DNA of 64,000 bases from Candidatus Bathyarchaeota archaeon (GTDB lineage: Archaea > Thermoproteota > Bathyarchaeia > TCS64): the NCBI GenBank assembly GCA_026014875.1, contig JAOZHO010000033.1, positions 13,256-77,255 of the forward strand, given 5' to 3'. Position numbers and translations under genes: made by a program. Each line of letters opens with the position of its first letter. Position 1 is the first letter of the stretch. Below the pieces are notes generated by a model. It did no database searches. It had not been told where the DNA came from and saw nothing but the letters and a program-made list of their open reading frames with translations. Shown here piece after piece: positions 8,539 through 18,025 of this stretch.

Positions 8539-10155
8539 TTAGGGTTTGGAGTTATCATAGACCACCTTCCCTTCTACAATGGTCATGTCTACCGGGATGT
8601 CGATGATCTCCTCGGGGGGCACCGTGAGGATGTCCCTCCCCAGGACCACCATGTCCGCGAGCTTCCCCTCCTCGATAGAGCCGAGGCGGTCCTCGTCGAA
8701 CTGCTGATACGCCGCGTTCACAGTGTAGAGCCTCAGGGCCTCCAGTACCGAGACCCTCTGGCTCCTCCCGATGGGCCTCCCCGCCTTGGTGGTCCTGTTC
8801 ACGAGGGCGTGGATCGCCATAAGCGGGGGAAACGGGGCGCAGGGGTGATCGCTGTGAGCGGCGATCTTCACCCCGGCGTCCAGGAAGCTCCTCGCCGCGA
8901 ACATCCTCTCCAGACGCTCCTCCCCGAAGGCCGGGAGGAGCTTGTCCCCGTGGTAGTAGGGGTAGGGCCCGAATATGGTGGGGAGGATGCCCAGGTCCTT
9001 GATCCTCTCCACGAGCTCAGGGGTGATCACGGTGCAGTGGATGTCCCTGTTCCGGGGGTCCTCCCGGGGGTACCGGGCCTGAGCCTCCTCCATGATGTCC
9101 AGGTACAAGGCGATGGCCCTGTCCCCGTTGGCGTGGGCCGATATTCTATACCCCTCGGCGTAGGCTTCCATGATGGTCTCCGTCGCGATCTCCCGGGTGG
9201 TGGCCATCACCCCGTAGAACCCGGGCTTGTTGAGGTACTCCTCTGTGACCGCCGCAGTCCTCGCCGAGATGGCCCCGTCGAAGAAGAACTTGAGGCCGCA
9301 GATCCTGGCCCAGTCGTCCCCGAGTCCCCTGTAGATCCCTGTGGCCTCCAACTCCTTGTAGTGGTCGACGCTCACGTCCATCCTCACCCTGATGGGGAGC
9401 ACCCCCCGGTTCTTGAGGTCCAGAACCGCCCTGATCTCGGACCTCCTAACGGTGTCGTAGACGCAGGTGAGCCCCAGGGAGGCGCACTCCTCCAGAATCC
9501 TCTTCGCCCCGCTCGATGACTGCTCCCGGGTCGGCTCCACGGGCCCCCCGGGGCGCACCACCTGGATTGCCGTCTCGTGGAGCCCCCCCGTTACCTCCCC
9601 CGTCTCGGGGTCTCTGTCAAACCTCCCCCCCACGGGGTCCGGGGTGTCCTTGCTAACCCCCGCCATCTCGAACGCGAGGCTGTTAGCGATGGAGAAGTGC
9701 CCCCCCACGGTGGAGATGATCGCTGGATGATCCTCGGTGGCCCCGTCGAGATCCCATCGGGTGGGGTGGCGTTTCTCCGCGAGCTTGGAGTCGTCCTCTT
9801 GATAGCCCGTGACCCATTCCCCCTTTGGGGTCTCCGCGGCCTTCGCCGCGAGGCGGGCCTGGAGATCCGCTATGGATGTGACCCCCGCCTCCTCGCTGAG
9901 GTCCACCAGGATCTCCCGCACCGCCCCCTCGCGGACGATGTGGGCGTGGGAGTCGATGAGCCCCGGGATCACGGTCCTCCCCCCGAGATCCATGACCTCC
10001 GTCTCATCCCCTACGAGAGCCGCGGCCCCCTCGCTGGATCCCACGAAGGCGATCCTTCCGTACTTCACGGCCACCGCCTCAGCGATGGATTCCGCGTCGT
10101 CCATGGTCACGACTTTGCAGTTCAGTAGAACCAGATCCGCCTCGATGCCTGGCAT
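8539..10155 (-). CDS. amidohydrolase-family metal-dependent hydrolase
   Basis: MPGIEADLVLLNCKVVTMDD...GLIDSHAHI... and HSDHP metal ligands are present. The 807-aa ORF in the track is an N-terminal read-through, so I placed the start at the ATG at 10155. Confidence 0.75.
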   Translation of the reverse strand: MPGIEADLVLLNCKVVTMDDAESIAEAVAVKYGRIAFVGSSEGAAALVGDETEVMDLGGRTVIPGLIDSHAHIVREGAVREILVDLSEEAGVTSIADLQARLAAKAAETPKGEWVTGYQEDDSKLAEKRHPTRWDLDGATEDHPAIISTVGGHFSIANSLAFEMAGVSKDTPDPVGGRFDRDPETGEVTGGLHETAIQVVRPGGPVEPTREQSSSGAKRILEECASLGLTCVYDTVRRSEIRAVLDLKNRGVLPIRVRMDVSVDHYKELEATGIYRGLGDDWARICGLKFFFDGAISARTAAVTEEYLNKPGFYGVMATTREIATETIMEAYAEGYRISAHANGDRAIALYLDIMEEAQARYPREDPRNRDIHCTVITPELVERIKDLGILPTIFGPYPYYHGDKLLPAFGEERLERMFAARSFLDAGVKIAAHSDHPCAPFPPLMAIHALVNRTTKAGRPIGRSQRVSVLEALRLYTVNAAYQQFDEDRLGSIEEGKLADMVVLGRDILTVPPEEIIDIPVDMTIVEGKVVYDNSKP

Positions 10156-10248
10156 AGAATCACCGGCTCTATCTCTGTTTGTTCGGTTGAAAAGACAATC
10201 CCTGGCTCCGTTCACCTTAAAACTGAGGGTCATAATAACATTTTCAAC

Positions 10249-10950
10249 ATGGTCATGCCCGCCAAGACGTTCGAGATCAGGGAGGAGATATCCCTCGCCG
10301 AGATCCATGAGAAGCTCCAGGGCTTCAGGGAGGAGGAGGACTGGGAAGGGGAGGAGGACGTCTCCCTCGTCACCGAGATCCTCGACCTGGAACTGGAGGA
10401 GGCCTCCATCAAAGGAGTCTTCGCGAGGGACTTTGTGAAACCCCGGCACTACAAGCGGAAGGTCTTGGAGACCCCGGTCACCGAGGAGGCCCCCTTCTGG
10501 GTCAGGCCCCACGAGGGGCGCACATTCCTCGTCGTGGTGGCCCCCAGCGTCGCCAGGGGAGTCAAGAAGCTGCTCACCAACCACGTCGCTAACAAGGTCA
10601 GCGAGATCCTCTTCGGGGTCACAGGGGCCATCGTGGAGGTCCGGATCCCCGACGAGACCCTCGTGAACCTCCACGAGTCGAACCCCCGGGCCACACGGCT
10701 CATCTGGTTCGACGACGTGGACATCCCCGGCGTCAACAAGCTCTGCCTCGCAGGGGAGAGCCTCGCCGACACCGGGCTCTACCAGGAATACAAGGAGCAC
10801 GGGAGGATCTGGTACGTGGTCTTCGGAATCCAGAAGCGGGGGATCACCGTGGGAGTCTCCAGGAACTGCGTCGTCACCCTGTTCAGCAAGGCCAGTCTCG
10901 ACGAGTTCATCGGCTACGTCTCCGAGGACTTTTTCTCCCTCATCGAGTGA
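10249..10950 (+). CDS. hypothetical protein
   Basis: Clean 233-aa ORF with protein-like composition. It fits exactly between neighbouring genes. No family was recognised. Confidence 0.4.
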   Translation: MVMPAKTFEIREEISLAEIHEKLQGFREEEDWEGEEDVSLVTEILDLELEEASIKGVFARDFVKPRHYKRKVLETPVTEEAPFWVRPHEGRTFLVVVAPSVARGVKKLLTNHVANKVSEILFGVTGAIVEVRIPDETLVNLHESNPRATRLIWFDDVDIPGVNKLCLAGESLADTGLYQEYKEHGRIWYVVFGIQKRGITVGVSRNCVVTLFSKASLDEFIGYVSEDFFSLIE

Positions 10951-10958
10951 CGGGCCCC

Positions 10959-11561
10959 TCACCGGGAGACGTACGGGTTCCCCTCGACGTAGAACCTGAG
11001 ATCCCGGTCCAGGTCCCTGGTGACCCCGATCCTACGCGAGGTCCCGATCACCGGATCCGAGGCGGCATCCAATATGCGGATCTCGCTCCCAGGGCTCAGA
11101 ACCGAGGCCCCGTGGGAGCCCTTATCGATCCTTAGGGCGAGTGTTAGCTTCCCGGGGCCGCTCGTGAGAGCCCTCGGATCCTTCACGGGCCTGTTGCTCA
11201 GCATGGACTCAATCCCCCGGGTGGGCTCAATCGCCCTGATGAGCACCGCACCAATTTCACCGGGCTCGTGGGCCACGACGTTGAGCATCCAGTACCTGTG
11301 CACGTTGTAGATGAAGACCCGTCCGGGCTCCCCCCACATGAGGAGGTTGTAGTTCTTCCTCCCGTGGAAAGCCCTCGAGGCGGGGTCCTCGGCCCCGTAG
11401 TATGCCTCGGTCTCCACGATCGTCCCCTCCAGTGTCTCGCCGTTCAGGACGCGGACGAGGCGCTTCCCCAGGAGATCCCGCGCCACGACCGCTGGATCCC
11501 TCGAATAGAACGACGGGGGAAGGATTTTTTCTGGGTCGGGCACCTTCTCGGTCTCCTCCAA
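10959..11561 (-). CDS. DNA-3-methyladenine glycosylase (AAG/Mpg family)
   Basis: The TIVETEAYYGAEDPASRAF motif is typical of the 3-methylpurine glycosylase family. Confidence 0.75.
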   Translation of the reverse strand: MEETEKVPDPEKILPPSFYSRDPAVVARDLLGKRLVRVLNGETLEGTIVETEAYYGAEDPASRAFHGRKNYNLLMWGEPGRVFIYNVHRYWMLNVVAHEPGEIGAVLIRAIEPTRGIESMLSNRPVKDPRALTSGPGKLTLALRIDKGSHGASVLSPGSEIRILDAASDPVIGTSRRIGVTRDLDRDLRFYVEGNPYVSR

Positions 11562-11574
11562 CGCGGATTATAGT

Positions 11575-11877
11575 TCACTCGTCCATGAAGTCCACGACCC
11601 TCCCCTCCTGGGTCAGATCGTAGACGACCTCGCCGTCCCTGTCTTGCTTCTCGACGCAGAACCCGTGCTCCAGGAAGCTCAGGTGCCAGGTGAGGGCTTT
11701 GTCCTCCATCCCGGTCCGCTCAGCCAGGGCCTCGACGGTGGCCTTCCCGCCTTTGAGGGCCCGGAGGATCTCCCGCCTCACCGGGCTGTTTATCGCCCTG
11801 AGGTACCTGACGTGGTACTCCTTGGTCTCTTCCATCGAGTCCCCGATGGTCTTGGAGTCCTTGTCCGACAATTTCAC
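11575..11877 (-). CDS. winged-helix (ArsR-like) transcriptional regulator
   Basis: YHVRYLRAINSPVRREILRALKGGKATVEALAERTGMEDKALTWHLSFL. Confidence 0.55.
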   Translation of the reverse strand: MKLSDKDSKTIGDSMEETKEYHVRYLRAINSPVRREILRALKGGKATVEALAERTGMEDKALTWHLSFLEHGFCVEKQDRDGEVVYDLTQEGRVVDFMDE

Positions 11878-12053
11878 CGAGAAGGATCTGGTGCAAGGGC
11901 TTTAAACGGTTGTCTTGGAAGACCGAGAACAGGGGATAAGCGCCTACTCTGAATGCACAGAAAGACTTTAAGCCTCGACCCGTTTTTCTGAGATGAGACC
12001 CAAGGTATAACTTGGGCATATAATCATCAAGCGTTGACATTGAAGGAATCGCA

Positions 12054-12908
12054 ATGAGCGAAGAGGATAAGATCACAGAGGAAGAGGAGCAGGAGGAGGC
12101 CCCCGTGGAGGAGCCAGCGGAGGCTCCCGAGGAGCAGCCCGAGGAAGAGGAGAAACCCAAGAAAAAGAAGGCCGCCAAAAAGAAAAAGGCTACAAAAAAG
12201 AAGGCTAAGAAGAAGGAGCCTGTCATAGAGGAGGGCGACTTCATCTTGGTCGAGATGACCGGGAGGACCCTAGAAACCGACGAGGTCTTCGACACCACCG
12301 ACGAGGAGCTCGCCAAGACGGAGGGCATCCACGAGGAGGAAAAGACCTACGGCCCCAAGCTTGTCGTCGTCGGCGAGGGCTGGGTCCTCAAAGGCCTCGA
12401 CGACCGCCTCGCAGGCCTCAAGCTCGAGGAGACCGCCGAAGTGGAGATTCCCGCCGAGGAGGCCTTCGGGGAGAGAAACCCCGAGAACGTGAGGACCGTG
12501 CCCTTCAGGGTTCTCAGATCGAAGGGAGTCAACCCCGTCATAGGGCAGCAGATAGAGCTCGACGGGAGGAACGCCGTGGTGCGGAGCATCGGCGCGGGCC
12601 GGGTCCAACTAGATTACAACCACCCCCTCGCGGGGAGGAGGATCGTCTACCACGTCAAGCCCACCGTGAAGCATGAGAATGACGAGGACAAGATCAGGGC
12701 TCTCATAGGGCGCAGGTTCCTGGGCATCGACCTAGACCTCTTCAAGCTCAAGAAGCTCAAGACCAAGGTCAAGATAGAGATCCCCGAGGAGATCTTCTTC
12801 GGGGATAACATCCAGATCGCGAAGAGGGGCGTCGCCCTCGACATCCAACGCTACTACGAGGACGTCGTCGAGGTCGAGTACACCGAGGTCATAAAGCGGG
12901 CCTCCTAG
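12054..12908 (+). CDS. FKBP-type peptidyl-prolyl cis-trans isomerase (long archaeal form) with N-terminal acidic/basic low-complexity tail
   Basis: The FKBP core and insert-in-flap region read GPKLVVVGEGWVLKGLDDRLAGLKLEETAEVEIPAEEAFGERNPENV...GRVQLDYNHPLAGRRIVYHVK. About the first 60 aa are E/P-rich and then K-rich. Confidence 0.75.
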   Translation: MSEEDKITEEEEQEEAPVEEPAEAPEEQPEEEEKPKKKKAAKKKKATKKKAKKKEPVIEEGDFILVEMTGRTLETDEVFDTTDEELAKTEGIHEEEKTYGPKLVVVGEGWVLKGLDDRLAGLKLEETAEVEIPAEEAFGERNPENVRTVPFRVLRSKGVNPVIGQQIELDGRNAVVRSIGAGRVQLDYNHPLAGRRIVYHVKPTVKHENDEDKIRALIGRRFLGIDLDLFKLKKLKTKVKIEIPEEIFFGDNIQIAKRGVALDIQRYYEDVVEVEYTEVIKRAS

Positions 12909-12917
12909 GGGAGCCCC

Positions 12918-14120
12918 TTGAGGACCGAGGTCGCCGTCGTCGGCGGGGGGCCCGCGGGGCTCATCGCGGCGCGGGAGCTCGCAGTTCGAGGTATCCAAGT
13001 CAAGGTCTTCGAGGAGCACCCCGAGATAGGCACCCCCAACCACTGCGCGGGGATTCTCAGCGTCGAGGGACTCAAGCGCATCGGGGTGGAGTCTGACCTC
13101 AAATTTCTTAGACACGAGATCAGGGGAGGCACAGCCTTCGCCCCGGATGGCACCGGGATCAGGATAACAGGCAGCAGGACCCGGGCCTACATCGTGGACA
13201 GGGCCATATTCGACAGGCACCTCGCAGATGCGGCTAGGGACGCGGGCGCCGAGATCGAGAGGAACCACCGAATCCGGGATTTTATCTTTGAGGATGGCAG
13301 GGTCGCCGGGGTCCGGGGAGACAGGGACGTTGAAGCGAGCATTGTAATCGATGCCGAGGGAGTCTCCGGGGCTCTCGCCAGGAAGGCGGGGTTCCCGAGA
13401 CCCGGAGGCGGCGTCCTGGCGGGCATCAACGCCAATGTCCCAGGCGCCCAACTGGAGCCGGGTATGGTGGAGGTCTGGTTCGAAGAGGGCTTGGCGGATG
13501 GGTTGTTCGCCTGGGCGGTGCCCGTTGGGGAGGACGAGGTGCGCTGCGGTCTCGCCACGGGTAAGGGGGACGCATTGGAGCTACTGAGGGGATTCATCAA
13601 GAACCGTTTCGGGCTCACGGAGTGCGGGGAGCCCGCGAGGTGGCCCGTGCTCACGGGAGGCCCCATTGATAAAACTCACGGGGATGGACTGCTCTTGGTG
13701 GGAGATGTTGCGGGGCACACGAAGCCCACCACGGGGGGTGGGGTCATCTTGGGGGGCATGTGCGCGATGATGGCCGCCGAGACTGCGATCCAGGCCCTCG
13801 AGGAAGGGGACTACTCGGCGGGTTTCCTGAGGCGATACGATGAGAGGTGGAGGGAAACCCTGGGCGGGGAGTTCTCCTCCATGCTCGGGATGCGGAGGTT
13901 CCTGAACTCCATCCCGGACCCCCGGATGAACCGGATCTTCGCCTCCGTCAAGTCCGCGGGGCTCGAGCCGACCCTGGAGACGTTCATCGATGAGGGGGAC
14001 ATGGACCTCCAGAGCGGGGTCCTCAGGAAGGCCCTCACCCACCCCGGGATGCTCCGGGTCATGGCGAGCAGCCTGGGCCGCCTCGCCCTAGGGGAGCTCA
14101 ACAGCCTGTTTAACCTTTAA
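12918..14120 (+). CDS. geranylgeranyl reductase-family FAD-dependent oxidoreductase
   Basis: FAD-binding N-terminus VAVVGGGPAGLIAARELAVRGIQVKVFEE and an internal GDVAGH motif. The start is TTG. Confidence 0.75.
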   Translation: MRTEVAVVGGGPAGLIAARELAVRGIQVKVFEEHPEIGTPNHCAGILSVEGLKRIGVESDLKFLRHEIRGGTAFAPDGTGIRITGSRTRAYIVDRAIFDRHLADAARDAGAEIERNHRIRDFIFEDGRVAGVRGDRDVEASIVIDAEGVSGALARKAGFPRPGGGVLAGINANVPGAQLEPGMVEVWFEEGLADGLFAWAVPVGEDEVRCGLATGKGDALELLRGFIKNRFGLTECGEPARWPVLTGGPIDKTHGDGLLLVGDVAGHTKPTTGGGVILGGMCAMMAAETAIQALEEGDYSAGFLRRYDERWRETLGGEFSSMLGMRRFLNSIPDPRMNRIFASVKSAGLEPTLETFIDEGDMDLQSGVLRKALTHPGMLRVMASSLGRLALGELNSLFNL

Positions 14121-14156
14121 ATAATCGGCTGTAGGCTTGATAGTAAGCTGAGCAAA

Positions 14157-14318
14157 ATGCCGTCCTGTATCTCCTGCAGCAAGAGGATAGCCCCCGGTGA
14201 GAAGACAGTCAAATTCCCATGCCCCAGTTGTGGCACCGTCACCATCTGGCGATGCGAGAGATGCCGCCTCTTCGGAAGGACATACACCTGCCCCGGGTGC
14301 GGGTTCAAAGGCCCCTAG
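14157..14318 (+). CDS. small double zinc-ribbon protein (54 aa, not in ORF track)
   Basis: MPSCISCSKRIAPGEKTVKFPCPSCGTVTIWRCERCRLFGRTYTCPGCGFKGP. It has four CxxC pairs and is followed by a hairpin plus T-tract. Confidence 0.45.
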   Translation: MPSCISCSKRIAPGEKTVKFPCPSCGTVTIWRCERCRLFGRTYTCPGCGFKGP

Positions 14319-14354
14319 ACCCCGATTTTTCGCCGCGCATAACTCACTTGAACC

Positions 14355-14381
14355 GATCATCCCGAGATGATCCGGGGTTTT
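14355..14381 (+). terminator. hairpin GATCATC-ccgag-GATGATC followed by GGGGTTTT
   Basis: Perfect 7-bp inverted repeat and a T-tract immediately after the zinc-ribbon ORF. Confidence 0.35.
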
Positions 14382-14536
14382 GGCGCTACGTCGCGTAAAT
14401 CGTCAAGCATCCCAGAGAACATGGATCATTGATGGAGGATTGATCAAAATGGGGCGCCGAGAAGCGTACTCTTGACCCGTCTTACCAGTACTTCCGAGTC
14501 GCCCCAAAACATATTTCACTGCCGGACAAGCCATTA

Positions 14537-15142
14537 ATGAAGATGACTGCCAGGGGCCTCCCCGAGCCGGTGCGGGCGACCCTGTTCTACGCCCTCCTAT
14601 TCGTCACCATAACCTGGGGGTTCGAGCTCGTCCCCAGCGCATGGCTCGAGAGGCTGACCGCCGAGACCATGAGCGGGCTCCTCAACGCCTTGGGGCTCTC
14701 CTCGAGCCACGGGGTCGAGAACGGGCTCGCGTACCTGAGCCTCGTGGGGGGCGTCCGGGATGTCTACGTCACCATCATCAGGGGGTGCACCGCGATTCAT
14801 GTCTGGGGCATCCTTGCAGCATTGATCCTGCCCCTTAGCCGGGGGAGCTGGACTAGGAAGGCTGCAGGCCTCGCTTTCGGGGGGATCCTCGTATTCCTCA
14901 TGAACGTCTCCCGGATCTTCCTCACTGTCTATCTGACGGCTTTCGACGTGCCTCCTTTCACGTGGTTCTTCACGAATCCCACGGTGGAGACCTACCACTA
15001 TCCGTTAAGCTTCATCTATGGGGTCATCGGCGTCGCTATCCTCATCGTCTCCATCAGCAAATGGTTCCTGCCCGAGCTCGCTGACACCCTGATCGCCCTA
15101 CCCGACGGATTCAAGCCCCTGTTCGCCAGGGGAGAAGGCTAG
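14537..15142 (+). CDS. polytopic membrane protein, possibly a small archaeosortase/exosortase-family protein
   Basis: Five or six predicted TM helices. The RGCTAIH segment is Cys-containing and could correspond to the sortase active-site Cys/Arg. A PGF-CTERM substrate is present in the window. The assignment is tentative. Confidence 0.35.
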   Translation: MKMTARGLPEPVRATLFYALLFVTITWGFELVPSAWLERLTAETMSGLLNALGLSSSHGVENGLAYLSLVGGVRDVYVTIIRGCTAIHVWGILAALILPLSRGSWTRKAAGLAFGGILVFLMNVSRIFLTVYLTAFDVPPFTWFFTNPTVETYHYPLSFIYGVIGVAILIVSISKWFLPELADTLIALPDGFKPLFARGEG

Positions 15143-15147
15143 CGGCC

Positions 15148-15519
15148 CTATTTGATGAGGGGAAGGGCGCCCGTCACCTTGTCGAGGAGGTCGGACCTGT
15201 CCGGGCCCAACCCCAGGGCGGTGACCGTGCCTGCGGGCACCTCGGTGTGACCCGCATCCTGGATGATTATGTTGACGATGTCGAGGTCGTCGGCCTTCTC
15301 CTGGAGCTCCTCGAGTTCCTCCAGAGACTCTGCTTCCAGGGCCACCTTCTTGGCCCCCTCGTCCCTCCATTTGCGCCAGGCCTTGTGGCTTTCCTTCTTC
15401 CCGAGCTCCGAGGCCCCGACTGCGGCGTGGGCGGCCTGGGCGATAAGCTTCCCGGTGCTCATCCCGAGGTCCATCCGGAGGATGATGCACATCTTGTAAT
15501 CGAAGGGGCTCCTGCCCAC
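15148..15519 (-). CDS. pth2: peptidyl-tRNA hydrolase, archaeal type
   Basis: MCIILRMDLGMSTGKLIAQAAHAAV is the Pth2 signature. Confidence 0.8.
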   Translation of the reverse strand: MGRSPFDYKMCIILRMDLGMSTGKLIAQAAHAAVGASELGKKESHKAWRKWRDEGAKKVALEAESLEELEELQEKADDLDIVNIIIQDAGHTEVPAGTVTALGLGPDRSDLLDKVTGALPLIK

Positions 15520-16806
15520 CTAGGGCACCAGCCGGTCCCTGTCCCGTGGGAACATGCAGCACTCCCTTATGTTCCTCATCCCCGTCACCGTCATGGTGAG
15601 CCTCTCCAGCCCGATGCTCCACCCCGCGTGGGGCGGGGCCCCGTAGCTGAAGCTCTCGATGTAGTGGGTGAAGTTGTCCGGGTTGAGCCCCTTCTTCCTG
15701 ATCTGCTGCTTGAGGAGCTCCGGGATGTGAACCCTCATAGTACCACTGCTGATCTCGACCCCGCTGTACAGCAGGTCGAAGGCGTGGACCACATCGGGGT
15801 TCTCCGGGTAGGGCATCGCGTAGAAGGCCTTCTGGACGCTGGGCCAGTCCTTCATGAAGAACGCCTCGTCCCCCACCAGCTCCGTGAGCTTCCTCTCCTG
15901 GGGCTTCGAGAAGTCGTCCCCCCATGCCATCTCCTCCCCGGCGCCCTGGAGCATCTCCACCGCCTCCGTATAGGTGATCCTCCTCAGGGGAAGCTCGGGG
16001 ACTGTGATCTCCCGTTCCAAGAGCTTCAGCTCCTCGGGGCACTTCTCCTTCACCTCTGTGAGCATGTAGGCAAGGATCTCCTCCAGAACCTTCATCACGG
16101 TCTCGTCGTCGGCGAAGGCCTGCTCGATGTCCATCTGCCGCACCTCGTTGAGGTGGGTGGGAGTGTTGAACTTCTCCGCCCTCCAGATGGGGGTTACGCA
16201 GAAGACCTTCTCGAAGCTGATGGCGCACATCTGCTTGTAGAGCTGGGGGCTCTGCGCGAGGAACGCCTCCTTCTCGAAGTAGGGGAGCCTGAAGAGGTCG
16301 GCGCCCCCCTCGGATGCCGAGGCGATGACGCAGGGGGGCTGGAACTCGAGGTAGCCCCGGTCCGAGAGGAAACGGCGAAACGACGTCAGGAGCGTGTTCT
16401 GAACCCTGAATATCGCGTTGGTCCGGGGCCTCCTGAAATCCATGAAACGGTAGTTGAGCCTCGTATCGATCTCGGCCTTCACAGGGCCGAAGAGGTCGAA
16501 GGGGAGGGGCTGCTGCGCCCTGTTCATGACCTCGATGGAGTCGGGGATGAACTCGACACCGGCCTTAGCGACCTTGCTCTCCACCACCTTCCCGGTGACC
16601 TTGAGGACATCCTCCCGGCCCAAGTCGAGGTCGGCGAAATCGTTGGACCCATCCTTCTTCACCGTGACCTGGATGTCCCCCGACTTGTCCCGTAGCACTA
16701 TGAACATGATCTTCCTGAGGTCCCGGGCTCTGGTGACCCAGCCGGCGATGGTGACGGTTTCCCCGACCATCCCCTTGGCATCTTCGACATAAACTCGTTC
16801 AAACAA
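15520..16806 (-). CDS. aspS: aspartate--tRNA ligase (archaeal type)
   Basis: N-terminal OB-fold anticodon-binding domain. Class II motifs FRxE (LFRLPYF) and GLERL at the C-terminus. Confidence 0.9.
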   Translation of the reverse strand: MFERVYVEDAKGMVGETVTIAGWVTRARDLRKIMFIVLRDKSGDIQVTVKKDGSNDFADLDLGREDVLKVTGKVVESKVAKAGVEFIPDSIEVMNRAQQPLPFDLFGPVKAEIDTRLNYRFMDFRRPRTNAIFRVQNTLLTSFRRFLSDRGYLEFQPPCVIASASEGGADLFRLPYFEKEAFLAQSPQLYKQMCAISFEKVFCVTPIWRAEKFNTPTHLNEVRQMDIEQAFADDETVMKVLEEILAYMLTEVKEKCPEELKLLEREITVPELPLRRITYTEAVEMLQGAGEEMAWGDDFSKPQERKLTELVGDEAFFMKDWPSVQKAFYAMPYPENPDVVHAFDLLYSGVEISSGTMRVHIPELLKQQIRKKGLNPDNFTHYIESFSYGAPPHAGWSIGLERLTMTVTGMRNIRECCMFPRDRDRLVP

Positions 16807-16875
16807 TCTAGGCTACACCTACCCCTGTAGAGCCAATGGGCTAACAATCTCGTGGGTAATAAAAACTTTGGTGGG

Positions 16876-17388
16876 TCAGTAGACGTACTCGACCCTGAGG
16901 TCCATGTTCCGGACCCCCTTCGCGATCTCAGTCAGGGCGGTAATCCTCTTCTGGCTCAGGCGCCGAGCCCCTCGCCCTTGGAGGACGACCCGCGTCTCCG
17001 TGGTCCCATCGGGGAGCCAGATGATGTTGATGGTGACGATGTGCTGCCCCGTGAAGAGGTCCTCTAGGAAACCCCTGTCGTTGACCCCCTCCTCGATTAT
17101 CAGAACCCTGCGGTTGAACTGGTCCCCGATGTCCCTAGGAAGCCTCCCGGGTCCCCCCGTGAACTTTATGCGGTCCCCCCGCCCCACAACGAGGACGAGG
17201 AAGCCCCTCACATCGATCACCCTCTCCAGGCTCGCCTTTTGGAGCGAGGGGTTCCGGTTCTCGACTTTCAGAAGATACTGGGCCACCTTAATGTAGAGAT
17301 CGTTGACTACGCCTGTGCTGACCTTCTCTTGACACTTGTTGCAGAGCATCCCGCTCTTCAAACAGAACTCACATAGTTGGGTTTGCAC
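16876..17388 (-). CDS. zinc-ribbon plus KH-like RNA-binding protein (uncertain family)
   Basis: The N-terminal ribbon is CEFC...CNKC. The central segment VVGRGDRIKFTGGPGR is GxxG-like. Confidence 0.45.
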   Translation of the reverse strand: MQTQLCEFCLKSGMLCNKCQEKVSTGVVNDLYIKVAQYLLKVENRNPSLQKASLERVIDVRGFLVLVVGRGDRIKFTGGPGRLPRDIGDQFNRRVLIIEEGVNDRGFLEDLFTGQHIVTINIIWLPDGTTETRVVLQGRGARRLSQKRITALTEIAKGVRNMDLRVEYVY

Positions 17389-17448
17389 TCAGCTGTTCCT
17401 CCGGCGATCCCCGGAGAAGCCAGATGCGAGACACCCGTTTGACTCTTC

Positions 17449-17724
17449 TCACCGTGTGACCTTGATCTCGATGCTGCTCACGTTAGTAGGCTGATCCCTG
17501 TCGTGGGACGTGAGCCTCTCGGTCCCGATGCTGATGTCCACGATCTTCAGGTCGTTTACGAATCTGTTCTTCGTCACCTCGACCACATCGACCGCTGTGC
17601 TGATTGAGCGCCCCCTCGCCTTGATGAGGACCTCGCTCTCCCCGCTCTTGAGCAGGGTAAGGCACGCCAATACGTAGTTCAGGACCGGCTTCCTGCCGAT
17701 GAAAACGGTGTTCGATCTCGACAT
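17449..17724 (-). CDS. albA: DNA/RNA-binding chromatin protein Alba
   Basis: MSRSNTVFIGRKPVLNYVLACLTLLKSGESEVLIKARGRSISTAVDVVEVTKNRF. The longer upstream extension in the ORF track was rejected. GGAG sits 8 nt upstream of the ATG. Confidence 0.8.
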   Translation of the reverse strand: MSRSNTVFIGRKPVLNYVLACLTLLKSGESEVLIKARGRSISTAVDVVEVTKNRFVNDLKIVDISIGTERLTSHDRDQPTNVSSIEIKVTR

Positions 17725-17904
17725 TTGACTTCTCCGAATATCTTTTCGGTTTAGGTGTGCTACATATTGCACGTACCTATTAAAAGTTTGTCGCACTCCC
17801 AATAATTTGGTCAAAAACGATGAAAAACACTTTGTTTTCAGCGACAACAGTGAAAAAACGGTATGAGAACACCCTATTCCGTCCGCTCGATACCAGTCAA
17901 AGAT

Positions 17905-17913
17905 TAATATGTG
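17905..17913 (+). promoter_or_regulatory. TATA-like box (attaatatg), about 30 nt upstream of tRNA-Asn
   Basis: Position and AT-richness. Confidence 0.3.
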
Positions 17914-17937
17914 TGCCTCCATATGCTTGTAGAACCT

Positions 17938-18014
17938 GCCGCCGTGGCTCAGCTCGGTAGAGCGTCTGCCTGTTAAGCAGTTGGTCATCGGTTCAAATCC
18001 GATCGGCGGCGCCA
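17938..18014 (+). tRNA. tRNA-Asn (anticodon GTT), CCA encoded
   Basis: GCCGCCGTGGCTCAGCTCGGTAGAGC...CTGTTAA...GGTTCAAATCCGATCGGCGGCGCCA. Confidence 0.8.
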
Positions 18015-18025
18015 ACACTCTCCGA

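Noticed and set aside
8539-10962. 807-aa minus-strand ORF
   Set aside because: The N-terminal 270 aa are D/E/G/P/L-rich and antisense to a cleaner plus-strand ORF at 10249-10950. The amidohydrolase homology begins at MPGIEADL, so the start was set at 10155.
11720-12328. 202-aa minus ORF with poly-Phe stretches
   Set aside because: It is antisense to the lysine-rich tail of the FKBP gene. The poly-Phe stretches are the complement of the Lys codons.
15098-16695. Long G/R/P-rich ORFs (15098..16228 minus, 15247..16695 plus) overlapping aspS and pth2
   Set aside because: Their composition is typical of off-frame translation of high-GC DNA. They overlap genes that carry strong motifs. Other ORFs rejected for the same reason: 19475..20380, 22008..23396, 47714..48628, 47790..48905, 51294..52268, 55806..56633, 56691..58505.
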